From NCBI GenBank assembly GCA_028867335.1, contig JAGWGN010000001.1, positions 113,608-177,607 of the forward strand: a DNA stretch of 64,000 bases, written 5' to 3'. Shown in pieces: positions 35,472 to 44,803 of this stretch. Made by a program: the position numbers and the translations under genes. The number at the start of each line of letters is the position of its first letter. Within the stretch, counting starts at the first letter, position 1. Source of the DNA: Candidatus Micrarchaeota archaeon. GTDB taxonomy: Archaea; Micrarchaeota; Micrarchaeia; Micrarchaeales; CABMGC01. The notes below the pieces were generated by a model. It was not told the origin of the DNA and did no database searches. It worked only from the letters and a program-made list of their open reading frames with translations.

Positions 35472-35896
35472 TCCAGCAGAAGCTTTCCGAGCTTTGAACT
35501 CTTGTAGAATTTGGGGTTCACAGAGGACTTTATCCTCACGATCCTCGTGCTCATTCTGTTTTCCTTTAGCCACTTCTTTATGCTCTCTGGGTTAACCTTC
35601 TGGTCATATCCGAAGACAATCACCTGCGGTTTGTACTCCTTTAGTATCCTGTACCTGTCAGATGATTTAGTGAGTTTGTTCCCCAGTACCGCCTTATCAA
35701 CAATCTTCAGTGAGTTAAGCATCCTCACCCTGTCCTTTTGTGAAAAGACCGGCCCCTTTCCCTTGAACATCCTTATGCTCTCATCCCTTGCGACGACCAC
35801 AATCAGCCTGTCACCGAGTTTTCTCGCCCTCTCAAGGTAGAGAAGGTGGCCTGGATGGAGTATGTCAAAGGATCCGAATGCGAGAACTGTCCTCAT
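35468..35896 (-). CDS. ribL: cytidylyltransferase-fold nucleotidyltransferase, archaeal FAD synthetase (RibL)-like
   Basis: VLAFGSFDILHPGHLLYLERARKLGDRLIVVVARDE contains the (T/H)xGH motif. Confidence 0.7.
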   Translation of the reverse strand: MRTVLAFGSFDILHPGHLLYLERARKLGDRLIVVVARDESIRMFKGKGPVFSQKDRVRMLNSLKIVDKAVLGNKLTKSSDRYRILKEYKPQVIVFGYDQKVNPESIKKWLKENRMSTRIVRIKSSVNPKFYKSSKLGKLLLD

Positions 35897-37563
35897 CTAC
35901 TTACCCTTTTCCCGCTGTGCTGCTCGATCTTATTTATCTCCTCCTCTGTTAGCTTGTGGAACAAGGGTGCGACCTTCTCAATATCCAGTTTCATCCCGCT
36001 CTCCAGGATTCTGTCCACAAACTCCATCTTTGCTTCCGACTTGAAGGTCTTAAGTATCTCGGCGCTTGCGCTTGGGGTGAATGGATGCAGAAGTATTCCG
36101 AGTTTGTAAACAATGTTTATGCAGCTGTAGAGTATGTCTGTCATCTTCTCCCTGTCCGCGGGATCTGCGCTCTTTGCCAGCTTCCACGGCTCAGTCGAGC
36201 TCATTAGCGTGTTGCCGACTCCGGCAAGCTCGACAACGCTCCTTAGCGCCTCCCTTATGTCTATCCTCTCGAAATTTACCTGGTACTTTGCGGTTTTTTC
36301 CTCAATCTGCGTGCCGATCTCAGAAATCAACTTTCCCTTCGGAACTGAGCCTTCGAAGTTGCTCTTTATCAGGGTGAGCGTTCGGTTTATGAAGTTCCCG
36401 ATCACGTTGTTCATGTCGTTGTCTATCGCCTGCTTAAGCGATTCGAGCGTGAAGTCGGTGTCAGCGCTCTGCGGAAGCATCGATGCAAGTGCGAATCTCC
36501 AGTAGTCCGCGGGAAGTATTTCTATTGCCTCCCTTATGTCTAGGCCCACGCCCCTGCTCTTGGAGAATTTCTCCCCCTCCCAGTTCAGGTATTCGTAGGC
36601 ATAGATTGTCCTAGGCAGTATGTAACCCAGGTTGCTTCCGATGAGTATCCCTGGCCAGATCAGCGTGTGCGGTTCTATGTTGTCCTTGCCCATGAATTGC
36701 ACGAGCCTTGTGTCCTTTCCCTTCCAGTAGTCATCAGCTTTCTTTGCATCCCACTCCTTGGTTATTCCGATGTATGCAATCGGTGCGTCAAACCAGACGT
36801 AGAAGAGCTTGTCTTTGAATCCGTCGAGCGGAACAGGGAATCCGTACTTTAGGTCTCTTGTAATCTCCCTTGGCCTAAGCCCCCTCTTTATGTATCCGAG
36901 GCTGTGGTGCACCGCGTTCTTGCTCCATCCGTTTGTAGAACTTGCCTCTATGAACTCCTTTATCTTCGGCTGCAGCTTCACAAGGTCTAGGGCGAGGTTT
37001 GTCGTCTTCTTGAACGTGATATCTTTCTTCCCGCAGATCGTGCAGTAGGGATCTATTAGCTCCTTTGGCTCAAGCAGATTCCCGCAGCTGTCGCATTGAT
37101 CCCCCCTTGCCTGCACGTATCCGCAGACGGGGCACTTCCCCTCAATGAACCTGTCACTGATGAATCTTTTGTCTGTGTTGCAGTAAGGCAGCTCAGACTC
37201 GACCTTTGTTATGTTCCCGTTCCTGTAGAGGCTTTCGAAGATCTCGTAGACGACGCCCTTGTTCTGCTCTGTGTGCGTCCTTCCATATATAGTGAATGTG
37301 CACTCGTACTGCTCAAGAAGCTTCTTTATCTGCTGGTGGTTCCCCTCAGCAAGCGCCTCCGGTGTGGTCTTCTCCTTTATCGCTTTTAGCTCAATCGCCG
37401 CGCCGTGCTCGTCGGAGCCGCAGATGAAAATCGCATCCTCTCCACACATCCTTAGGTACTTGTAGTAGATGTCGGCAGGGAGTATCGAGCCGATCAGGTT
37501 TCCCAGGTGTATTATGCCCTGCACATAGGGTAGTGCAGAGGTGACTATGTATCTAACCATCAA
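35893..37563 (-). CDS. metG: methionyl-tRNA synthetase
   Basis: TSALPYVQGIIHLGNLIGS (HIGH-type motif), zinc knuckles CPVCG...CDSCG, and KFSKSRG (KMSKS). Confidence 0.92.
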   Translation of the reverse strand: MMVRYIVTSALPYVQGIIHLGNLIGSILPADIYYKYLRMCGEDAIFICGSDEHGAAIELKAIKEKTTPEALAEGNHQQIKKLLEQYECTFTIYGRTHTEQNKGVVYEIFESLYRNGNITKVESELPYCNTDKRFISDRFIEGKCPVCGYVQARGDQCDSCGNLLEPKELIDPYCTICGKKDITFKKTTNLALDLVKLQPKIKEFIEASSTNGWSKNAVHHSLGYIKRGLRPREITRDLKYGFPVPLDGFKDKLFYVWFDAPIAYIGITKEWDAKKADDYWKGKDTRLVQFMGKDNIEPHTLIWPGILIGSNLGYILPRTIYAYEYLNWEGEKFSKSRGVGLDIREAIEILPADYWRFALASMLPQSADTDFTLESLKQAIDNDMNNVIGNFINRTLTLIKSNFEGSVPKGKLISEIGTQIEEKTAKYQVNFERIDIREALRSVVELAGVGNTLMSSTEPWKLAKSADPADREKMTDILYSCINIVYKLGILLHPFTPSASAEILKTFKSEAKMEFVDRILESGMKLDIEKVAPLFHKLTEEEINKIEQHSGKRVSR

Positions 37564-37752
37564 AATCAGTTTATAGTTAGATTCTATTTAGTACCCCTTA
37601 TTTTTATTACTTGGTGCATCCAATCCTATTCCATATCTAAGGATTCACTCTATATACTAACTATTCTAAAGTTCAAATTTAATAAAACAATAAATTCCGA
37701 CTCAAATTTTGCTGACAAGCAATAAACTCTTAGATTTCCAAAAGTCTCATTA

Positions 37753-38052
37753 CTAGACTCTCTTTAAGATTGTCCATATTTCTTTCCAATTTCTGGCTGC
37801 AAGAACGTTTTTGTATCCGACTACCTCTTTGGTTGCATATTCATTCCACCATCCAAAAACAAATATTGACCTCTTTTTTAAGATATTTAGCTCCCTAATT
37901 ATTGAAATAGAATCATCAACGTACACGTCCGCAGTAACTTTTAATTTGTTCATTGGATTTTCGACATGTATAAACTCTTTATAATTTACATTATTCTCTT
38001 TTAACCATCTTTTTGAAAATCTAATAGATACTTTTTGTGCAGACAATTCCAA
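37753..38052 (-). pseudogene. C-terminal fragment of a 5'(3')-deoxyribonucleotidase (NT5C/HAD)-like gene
   Basis: ..WLKENNVNYKEFI...KVTADVYVDDSISIIREL...ARNWKEIWTIL resembles the C-terminal half of NT5C proteins. The catalytic DxDxV N-terminus is absent. Only a TTG start is available, and an in-frame stop lies 6 codons upstream. Confidence 0.4.
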
Positions 38053-38077
38053 AACTTCAAGAAATGCTCAAATAGAA

Positions 38078-38332
38078 ATGCTAAAGGGAATGGGTTTTCA
38101 AGACCCTCTAAATACAAGTGTGGCCAACCCACCATTTTTTTTAGGGATTAGGAAAGGTGCACCTCTTAATAAGCAGGTTAATTTAAAGAAAATAGTAAAA
38201 AATAAAGATGAAATTAAAACTTCCCTTTCTGAAATAGATCATTTATTAAATTCTAACAAAAACATCGATAAGAATTATATAGAAAAAAGAATAAAATCTA
38301 GACTGGAACTAAATAGCGTGATAAGATGTTGA
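38078..38332 (+). CDS. hypothetical protein (84 aa) in the AT-rich islet
   Basis: ORF track, ATG start. Overlaps the next gene by 7 nt. No family recognised. Confidence 0.35.
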   Translation: MLKGMGFQDPLNTSVANPPFFLGIRKGAPLNKQVNLKKIVKNKDEIKTSLSEIDHLLNSNKNIDKNYIEKRIKSRLELNSVIRC

Positions 38333-39327
38333 CTAAACACGAATTAGATGAAATTATGTCCAAGTGGGGAATTTCCATCAAAGGTTATACTGTTGTTACT
38401 AAGGGAATTGTCAATACTAATTGGATTATAATATCTAGCGAAGGCAAATTTGTACTAAGAAGATTAAGTCATTTTAAAAATTTGAAAAGTTTGGGGTTAG
38501 AAATTAGCTATCTGCACGACTTAAAAAATCATAATTTTCCATATCAGATTCCAATACCTATAAAAAATAGAAACGAAAGATTTTTTCTAACATACAAAAG
38601 ACAATATTTTTGGCTCTATAAATATATTCCCGGAAGTTTCAAGAACCAACTAAATAAATTAGAACTCAATGAATTGGCAATTATGATGAAAAAATATCAT
38701 AATATTGTTAAAATTTCAAGATTTAATAAAATTAAGAAGCCTGAAGTAGACCCATTTTTTAGGAATGCGATTTTAAGGGAATCGCTAAGACTAAAAAAGC
38801 TAATCTTCAAAGGGAAGTTTACATTACCTCAGGATAAAATATTTTTAAATTGGTTATCCCTAATAATTCCGATTCTTAAAGAGATGAAATTAACTCCCTA
38901 TTCAAAATTAAGAACTTACCCTCTTCATGGCGATATAAAGCAAGATAATTTGTTATGGAAAGAAAGCAAACTCATAGGAATTTTAGATTTTGACAATATT
39001 GGGCGGAGTAACTTTACAATTATTAAAGACCTTTCAGTAGTTTTGCAATATTGTTGCGTTAAAAAGAAAGACAGGACCAGATTAAATTTTAAATTAGCGA
39101 GGTTTTTTTTGAACGCTTATGCAGATGATATGAAACTCTCGACCAATGAGATGAAGGCAATACCTTTATTAATAACCTTGCAATACATAGATCTGTTTAA
39201 TTACACTTACTGGTTACTTAAAAATAATCCAAATCGAGCAAAACTTTCAGATCTGGTGATTAGAGCTAAAGCAGCTAAATGGTATTACCAGAATAAAGAA
39301 AAGATATTTACTAATCTGAAATTTTAA
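38326..39327 (+). CDS. phosphotransferase-family kinase (APH/ChoK/homoserine kinase type II-like)
   Basis: Catalytic loop HGDIKQDNLLW and metal-binding ILDFDN. Confidence 0.7.
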   Translation: MLTKHELDEIMSKWGISIKGYTVVTKGIVNTNWIIISSEGKFVLRRLSHFKNLKSLGLEISYLHDLKNHNFPYQIPIPIKNRNERFFLTYKRQYFWLYKYIPGSFKNQLNKLELNELAIMMKKYHNIVKISRFNKIKKPEVDPFFRNAILRESLRLKKLIFKGKFTLPQDKIFLNWLSLIIPILKEMKLTPYSKLRTYPLHGDIKQDNLLWKESKLIGILDFDNIGRSNFTIIKDLSVVLQYCCVKKKDRTRLNFKLARFFLNAYADDMKLSTNEMKAIPLLITLQYIDLFNYTYWLLKNNPNRAKLSDLVIRAKAAKWYYQNKEKIFTNLKF

Positions 39328-39405
39328 AATCCATTCGATGAACTATTAAAAATGATTTGCAGATTCTTCATGTGCTTATTTTTATAATATCCTGTCTTTT
39401 TAAGC

Positions 39406-39426
39406 AAAGCCTTCTTTTAAGGCTTT
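39406..39426 (+). terminator. hairpin aaagcctt-ctttt-aaggcttt followed by T; candidate terminator of the islet kinase gene
   Basis: Perfect 8-bp inverted repeat, read directly. Confidence 0.35.
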
Positions 39427-39511
39427 TACTGGAAGTTTCAGTCAGCCCTTTTGTTCCTTTTAAACCATAATGTGTCAATATATTCCTACAAATTCTGCTG
39501 GGGGATAGGGC

Positions 39512-41575
39512 ATGGACGCGATCGCTACTGATGAGCTAAAGAGCAAGTTTGTTGAGTTCTTCAACGCCTACTATACGGACCCGATAAATGCGATGTACAT
39601 CAGCTATCCCAAGAAGCGAAGCGTGAGCGTTGACATAAAGGACCTAGAGAAGTTCGACTCAGACCTCGCCCACGAGCTGATAAACAAGCCCGACACGATA
39701 CTTTTCACCGCAAACAGCGCGCTTCAGTCTATGAACCCAAACACCGAGGCCACCGAGCCAGTGTATGCAAGGTTCATAGGGCTTGAGAACGAGGGGCTCA
39801 TGATCCAGGACGTCGGATCGCAGTACATAGGAAAGCTCCTTGTGCTTGATTCGCTAGTTGTCAAGAGGGCGGAGATCACCCCAAAGGTGCATGTCTGGAG
39901 CTACAAGTGCTCGTTTTGCAACCACGCAGAGAAGGTGTTCATAGACAAGGACGACGCCCCTGAGGTCTGCCCGCAGTGCAAGCGAAGGGCGCTTCGCCAG
40001 ATAAACGAGGACTCAGAGTTCATCAACGTCCAGAGGATTGCGGTTCAGGACCCGCTTGAGAGGCTTAAGGGAAGCACCCCGACATGGCAGCTTGAGGTCT
40101 GGCTCGCCGACGACCTTGTCAATACGATAATCCCGGGGGATAGGATTGATATAACTGGTATCCTGAGGATTAGGCCCAAGAAGACCGCGCGCGGAAAGGA
40201 AGAGAAGACCCTCTTCACCATGTTCTTTGATTCGGTTGCGATAAAGACAAAGCAGAAGGAGTTCGCTGAGATCGACATAACCGACGAGGAGGAGCAGCAG
40301 ATAAAGGAGATGGCAAAGGACCAGCGTATCTTCGAGAAAATTGCGACCTCAATCGCCCCGTCAATCTACGGCCACGAACAGATAAAGCAGTCGCTTGCGC
40401 TACAGCTATTCGGCGGCACTCCTGACAAGAAGCTGATCGACGGAGCGCCGATAAGAAGCGACATACACATCCTACTAATCGGAGACCCAGGTTCGGCTAA
40501 GACCAGGTTGCTGCAGGCTGTGACCTCCATTGTCCCCAAGGGAATCTACGTGAGCGGAAAGTCCACCAGCTCTGCAGGTCTCACCGCCTCAGCAGAGCGA
40601 GACGAGTTCGCAGAGGGAGGATGGACGCTCAAGGCGGGAGCTTTGGTGCTCGGTTCCGGAGGAGAGGTTTCCATCGACGAATTCGACAAGATCGGAGACG
40701 AGGACAAGTCCTCGCTTCTCGAGGCTCTTGAATCCCAAACAATCAGCGTCGCAAAGGCGGGAATAGTCGCAAGGTTCAGCGCGAAGACGACTGTCCTTGC
40801 TGCCGCAAACCCTAAGTACGGAAGGTTCGACCCGAACACCTATCCGACAGAGCAGTTTGACATACCTCCAGCGCTTCTTTCCAGGTTTGACCTCATCTTT
40901 CCGATAAAGGACGTGATTGACGAGGAGCAGGACAAGAGGATTGCAAAGCATATACTCACGCAGCACGAGGCCGCAGGCGCATCGCTTGCAGACCTCAAGG
41001 ACTTCGCGCAGGTCGAGGCGCCGGCAATAAGCGCGGACCTTCTCAGAAAGTACGTCGCATACGCAAAGAAGAACGTGCGCCCGAGGCTCTCGCCGGAGGC
41101 GACCGCAAAGATTGAGGATTACTACCTTGAGCTCAGAAAGATCGGACTCAAGTCAGGAGCGACCCCGATAACCGCAAGGCAAATTGAAGGTCTTGTTAGA
41201 TTGGCGGAGGGCAGCGCAAAGTCGAGGCTCTCAAAGGTGATAGAGCTGCGCGACTCGGAGCTCGCGATCAGCCTCTTTGAGTTTATGCTCAGGACCCTTG
41301 GAGTCGACAGGGGAGGAAGGAGGGACATCGACACTATACTAACCGGAATGCCGAGGGAGAAGGTTACAAAGATGAACCTGATCACGACCCTGATAAAGAG
41401 GCTTGAGAAGGAGGAGGGCGGATACGCGAAGATCACGCGCGTGCTCGAGGAGGCGGAGAAGGAGGGCGTCGACAGAGCGACTGCAACAAAGTACATCAAC
41501 GAGCTCGAAAGATCTGGGGATGTCTACAGCCCTAAGGCGGGACACCTCAAGATGTCGAGCCACGAGAACGAGTAG
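39512..41575 (+). CDS. mcm: MCM replicative helicase
   Basis: Zinc motif CSFCNH...CPQCKRR, Walker A ILLIGDPGSAKT, Walker B VSIDEFDK, arginine finger LLSRFDLIF, and a C-terminal wHTH. 687 aa, with no intein-sized insertion. Confidence 0.95.
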   Translation: MDAIATDELKSKFVEFFNAYYTDPINAMYISYPKKRSVSVDIKDLEKFDSDLAHELINKPDTILFTANSALQSMNPNTEATEPVYARFIGLENEGLMIQDVGSQYIGKLLVLDSLVVKRAEITPKVHVWSYKCSFCNHAEKVFIDKDDAPEVCPQCKRRALRQINEDSEFINVQRIAVQDPLERLKGSTPTWQLEVWLADDLVNTIIPGDRIDITGILRIRPKKTARGKEEKTLFTMFFDSVAIKTKQKEFAEIDITDEEEQQIKEMAKDQRIFEKIATSIAPSIYGHEQIKQSLALQLFGGTPDKKLIDGAPIRSDIHILLIGDPGSAKTRLLQAVTSIVPKGIYVSGKSTSSAGLTASAERDEFAEGGWTLKAGALVLGSGGEVSIDEFDKIGDEDKSSLLEALESQTISVAKAGIVARFSAKTTVLAAANPKYGRFDPNTYPTEQFDIPPALLSRFDLIFPIKDVIDEEQDKRIAKHILTQHEAAGASLADLKDFAQVEAPAISADLLRKYVAYAKKNVRPRLSPEATAKIEDYYLELRKIGLKSGATPITARQIEGLVRLAEGSAKSRLSKVIELRDSELAISLFEFMLRTLGVDRGGRRDIDTILTGMPREKVTKMNLITTLIKRLEKEEGGYAKITRVLEEAEKEGVDRATATKYINELERSGDVYSPKAGHLKMSSHENE

Positions 41576-41580
41576 GTGCC

Positions 41581-42675
41581 TTGGTGCTAACGCGAATCGA
41601 GAATAGGCAGCTTGCTCACATACTTGTTCTGTTTCTGATAGTGCAGTTCGGAGGGATGCTGCTCGCCTCGCTTCTGTTCTCGACCGCACAGGCATCTGCG
41701 CTTACCGGATCGAGCACAAGCGCGATAAACTCGGCCTCGCAGACCTTCTACTACTTCGGTAGCATAATAATATTCGCTCTGCTCCTTGTCCTGCTCATCA
41801 GGTTTTACAAGGGCGAGCTGCTTTTCATACTGCTTGAGGCGCTTGCGGTAGTGCTGCCCTCATTTTTCTTCTTTTTGATAATCTTGGGATACTTATTTCC
41901 CAGCGCAGACTTCAACCCCCTCGCGGCAATCTCGATCCTGTTGGCAGTACTTCTGATCTACGCGAAGAACAAGAGGCCCTCGCTACGAAACGCCGTTGTA
42001 GTGATATCAAGCATCGGGCTCGGTGTCATATTGGGGATAAGCTTCGGGTTTGCGGCAGCATTCTTGTTCATGGGGCTTATTGCAATCTACGATTATGTCG
42101 CTGTGTTTGTCACCAAGCACATGATAACCTTCGCCAAAGCGCTCTCAAGCAGGAACCTTGCCTTCCTGATAAGTGCGTCCGACATCGAGGTCGAATCGCA
42201 ATCCTCGCTTCAGGGAAAATACGGCGCAGTATACAAAAAGCACCTTGTCGAGATGAGAAAGATAGACAACCCGACAATCCAAAGGCTGATTAAAAGCGGC
42301 CAGATACCGATAATCGCGCAGATCCAGCTCGGCGCTGGTGATCTGGGACTGCCGCTCATGCTTGCCGTCAGCGCATACTCTGTTCTGGCAAACTACTTTC
42401 TCAGCTTTGTAATAATCCTCGGAGGGGCTGCTGGTCTCATTGCCACAATGCTCTTTCTAAGGAAGTACATGAGGCCGCTCCCTGCAATTCCTCCTCTCTT
42501 CGCGTTTATCTGCATAGCCCTTGGGCTCGCGCTTCCGTTTACTGCTGTGCCAAATCTTGCGCTATCCGCGCTCCTGATTGCGGCAGGAGTCTTCATAGTG
42601 GTATTTGTGATGTACCTCACCCTCAGGATGGGACTGAGGGCAGACAAGCAAAAGCATGCACAAAACAAATCCTAA
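41581..42675 (+). CDS. presenilin/signal-peptide-peptidase-like intramembrane aspartyl protease (A22 family)
   Basis: Polytopic protein with YD (GLIAIYDYVAVF), GxGD (QLGAGDLGLPLM) and a PAL-like motif (RPLPAIPPL). Confidence 0.7.
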   Translation: MVLTRIENRQLAHILVLFLIVQFGGMLLASLLFSTAQASALTGSSTSAINSASQTFYYFGSIIIFALLLVLLIRFYKGELLFILLEALAVVLPSFFFFLIILGYLFPSADFNPLAAISILLAVLLIYAKNKRPSLRNAVVVISSIGLGVILGISFGFAAAFLFMGLIAIYDYVAVFVTKHMITFAKALSSRNLAFLISASDIEVESQSSLQGKYGAVYKKHLVEMRKIDNPTIQRLIKSGQIPIIAQIQLGAGDLGLPLMLAVSAYSVLANYFLSFVIILGGAAGLIATMLFLRKYMRPLPAIPPLFAFICIALGLALPFTAVPNLALSALLIAAGVFIVVFVMYLTLRMGLRADKQKHAQNKS

Positions 42676-42716
42676 GTCAGATTTATTAAGTTCCAAAACT
42701 CAATTTCCTAGATACA

Positions 42717-43376
42717 ATGAACAACCAGACCTCTCAGGAATTCAAGACCAGATTAAAGTCGTTTGGCTCTGCAATCAATCCAATCAACGATTTCAAAGTA
42801 ATATTAGCGGAGCAAAAGAAATGCCGCAGGATTGAGGCCGAGGCAAAGGTTACGGGTCTAAAATATTCCAAAAAAGATACCAACAACTTAATGGCCGATT
42901 TGTCCAAACTGGGCAAAGACGAGATGCGCTACGTCGAGGAGCTGGCTAGAATTTTCACAGAGGGGAAGCTCCATAATCTGCCTTCAGGGGCCTTCGACAG
43001 AAGGGATGATGCGCTAAACGAATTGGCTAAAGATTATGAGAATCATTTAAACGGGAAGAAAACCGAGATGACACTCAGGATTGAAAAATGTCTAAGAAGC
43101 ATGGCGCTGGAACAGGATAGGCTCCAAGCAAAAATAACAATCTCAAGGAGAGTCCTAAAGCTTGTATCCCCTTTTGCATTTCTTCCTATGCTCACAACTA
43201 CTGTAGGGCACGCTTTGGGCTCTATGCATCTCTCAAAAGAGTTTCTTCCGCTTGAGTATGCGGGCATCGCCTCCGTACCGATTGTATCCTTCATACTAAT
43301 CTCATATGGTGTTGGGAAGGGCATCGAAAAGTTTAAGACAAGTAGGGAGAGAAGAGAGCAGAAAGCTGGAGAGTAA
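42717..43376 (+). CDS. hypothetical protein with two C-terminal TM helices
   Basis: ORF track. Hydrophobic segments LVSPFAFLPMLTTTVGHAL and IASVPIVSFILISYGVG. Confidence 0.5.
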   Translation: MNNQTSQEFKTRLKSFGSAINPINDFKVILAEQKKCRRIEAEAKVTGLKYSKKDTNNLMADLSKLGKDEMRYVEELARIFTEGKLHNLPSGAFDRRDDALNELAKDYENHLNGKKTEMTLRIEKCLRSMALEQDRLQAKITISRRVLKLVSPFAFLPMLTTTVGHALGSMHLSKEFLPLEYAGIASVPIVSFILISYGVGKGIEKFKTSRERREQKAGE

Positions 43377-43406
43377 ATATAAATAGCTCTGAAAGTGATT
43401 AACAAC

Positions 43407-43691
43407 ATGGGAAAGCGAAAGACCAAGCCGTCAGCAAATCTTGATGAAAAGCCCGAGTCCAAGGTCTATTTCTACAGCAATGACAATCCGGACTGCCTCA
43501 AGGCGCAGAATGCCCTCGTGCTTTCAGGAATCGAGTTTGAGAAGATAAAGGCGCTCAAGCGCAACATACATGTCCCAGCCCTAGTGGCAGACAAGACCTA
43601 CAGAGGCCTTCCGCAGATCAAGGATTATGCCGAGAGGCATAGGCTGACATTCAAAGTAGAGCTAAGGGGATTAGCGTATAACGATGATTAG
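43407..43691 (+). CDS. small glutaredoxin-fold-like protein lacking a CxxC
   Basis: [29 protein letters not shown]...[16 protein letters not shown] resembles a Grx/GST-N fold. Weak assignment. First ATG used. Confidence 0.4.
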   Translation: MGKRKTKPSANLDEKPESKVYFYSNDNPDCLKAQNALVLSGIEFEKIKALKRNIHVPALVADKTYRGLPQIKDYAERHRLTFKVELRGLAYNDD

Positions 43692-44803
43692 AACATCCCA
43701 AACTTCTTTTTTGATCCGCTGTCCCTTCCTCCCTCTATCTCCTTGAACCTTCGAAGAAGCTCCTCCTGGTCCCTCGAGAGGCTCTTTGGTATCTTGACAT
43801 CGATGCTGACCACCTGGTCCCCGTGCCCCCCACCGTGAAGCGATTTTATCCCCTCGTTTCTGAGGACTATCTTTGCATAAGGCTGCGTTCCTGCCGGAAT
43901 CTCGATGTTCTTCATTCCCTTGAGTGTTGGGACGTCAACGTTTCCCCCGAGTATGGCTGTGTAGAATGGCACCTCCACATCCACGACGATGTTGTCCCCC
44001 TCCCTTTTGAATATCTTGTGCTTCTGCACGTGAATCTCGACGTAGAGGTCTCCGGACCCGTCCTTTCCATGATCCCCCAGCCCCTGGAGCCTAAGCCTCA
44101 TTCCCTCCTCCACCCCTCCGGGTATTGTCACCTTCACCTTCTCCTCAGCTACAACCCCTCCCTTGCCGCTGCACTTTCTGCAAAGTTTATCATAAACCTT
44201 TCCCTTGCCGCCGCATCTCTCGCAGGGCGTGACCGACTCCATCCTGCCGAAGATCGTGTTTCTCACGCTCTTCATGTACCCGTGGCCTTCGCACCTCGGG
44301 CATTTTGTCGTCTTTGATCCTGGCTCGGCGCCGTTTCCGCTGCACCTGTCGCACTCCCGTATGTGCTTTACGTGTATCTCCTTCTCCACCCCCTTTGCGA
44401 CCTCCTCAAGCGTGAGATCGAGCCTGTGGAGTATGCTCTGGCCAACGTCTTGGGACCTTCCCATTCCTCCTCCGAAGAAGTTGAACGGGTCGGCACTCTC
44501 GCCGAAGTTGACGTTGAAACCCATCTCACGAAACAGATCATTTACGTTGAAGCCCTTGAAGATGTCCTCCTGGTTGAACCTCTGGCCGAACTGGTCTGGC
44601 CCGAACGCATCATACTGCTGGCGCTTCTCGGGGTCCCCAAGAACCGCATACGCCTCGTTTATCTTCTTGAACTTTTCCTCGGAGTCCTTCTCCTTGTTGC
44701 GGTCGGGATGGTGCTTCATCGCGAGCTCGCGGTATGCCTTCTTTATCTGCTCTCCAGTGGCGTTTTTGGGTACTCCCAGAACATCATAGTAGTCATGCGC
44801 CAT
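43688..44803 (-). CDS. dnaJ: chaperone DnaJ (Hsp40)
   Basis: J domain [26 protein letters not shown] and four CxxCxGxG repeats ([32 protein letters not shown]). Confidence 0.95.
   Translation of the reverse strand: MAHDYYDVLGVPKNATGEQIKKAYRELAMKHHPDRNKEKDSEEKFKKINEAYAVLGDPEKRQQYDAFGPDQFGQRFNQEDIFKGFNVNDLFREMGFNVNFGESADPFNFFGGGMGRSQDVGQSILHRLDLTLEEVAKGVEKEIHVKHIRECDRCSGNGAEPGSKTTKCPRCEGHGYMKSVRNTIFGRMESVTPCERCGGKGKVYDKLCRKCSGKGGVVAEEKVKVTIPGGVEEGMRLRLQGLGDHGKDGSGDLYVEIHVQKHKIFKREGDNIVVDVEVPFYTAILGGNVDVPTLKGMKNIEIPAGTQPYAKIVLRNEGIKSLHGGGHGDQVVSIDVKIPKSLSRDQEELLRRFKEIEGGRDSGSKKKFGMF

Larger units (their letters stand above)
37564..39511. other. strongly AT-rich islet between the divergent metG and mcm genes
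   Basis: Hand counts give 18/60 and 13/60 G+C in two lines inside, versus 30/60 in a line of mcm. An 11-nt direct repeat cttatttttat occurs at 37597-37607 and 39375-39385. Confidence 0.7.
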
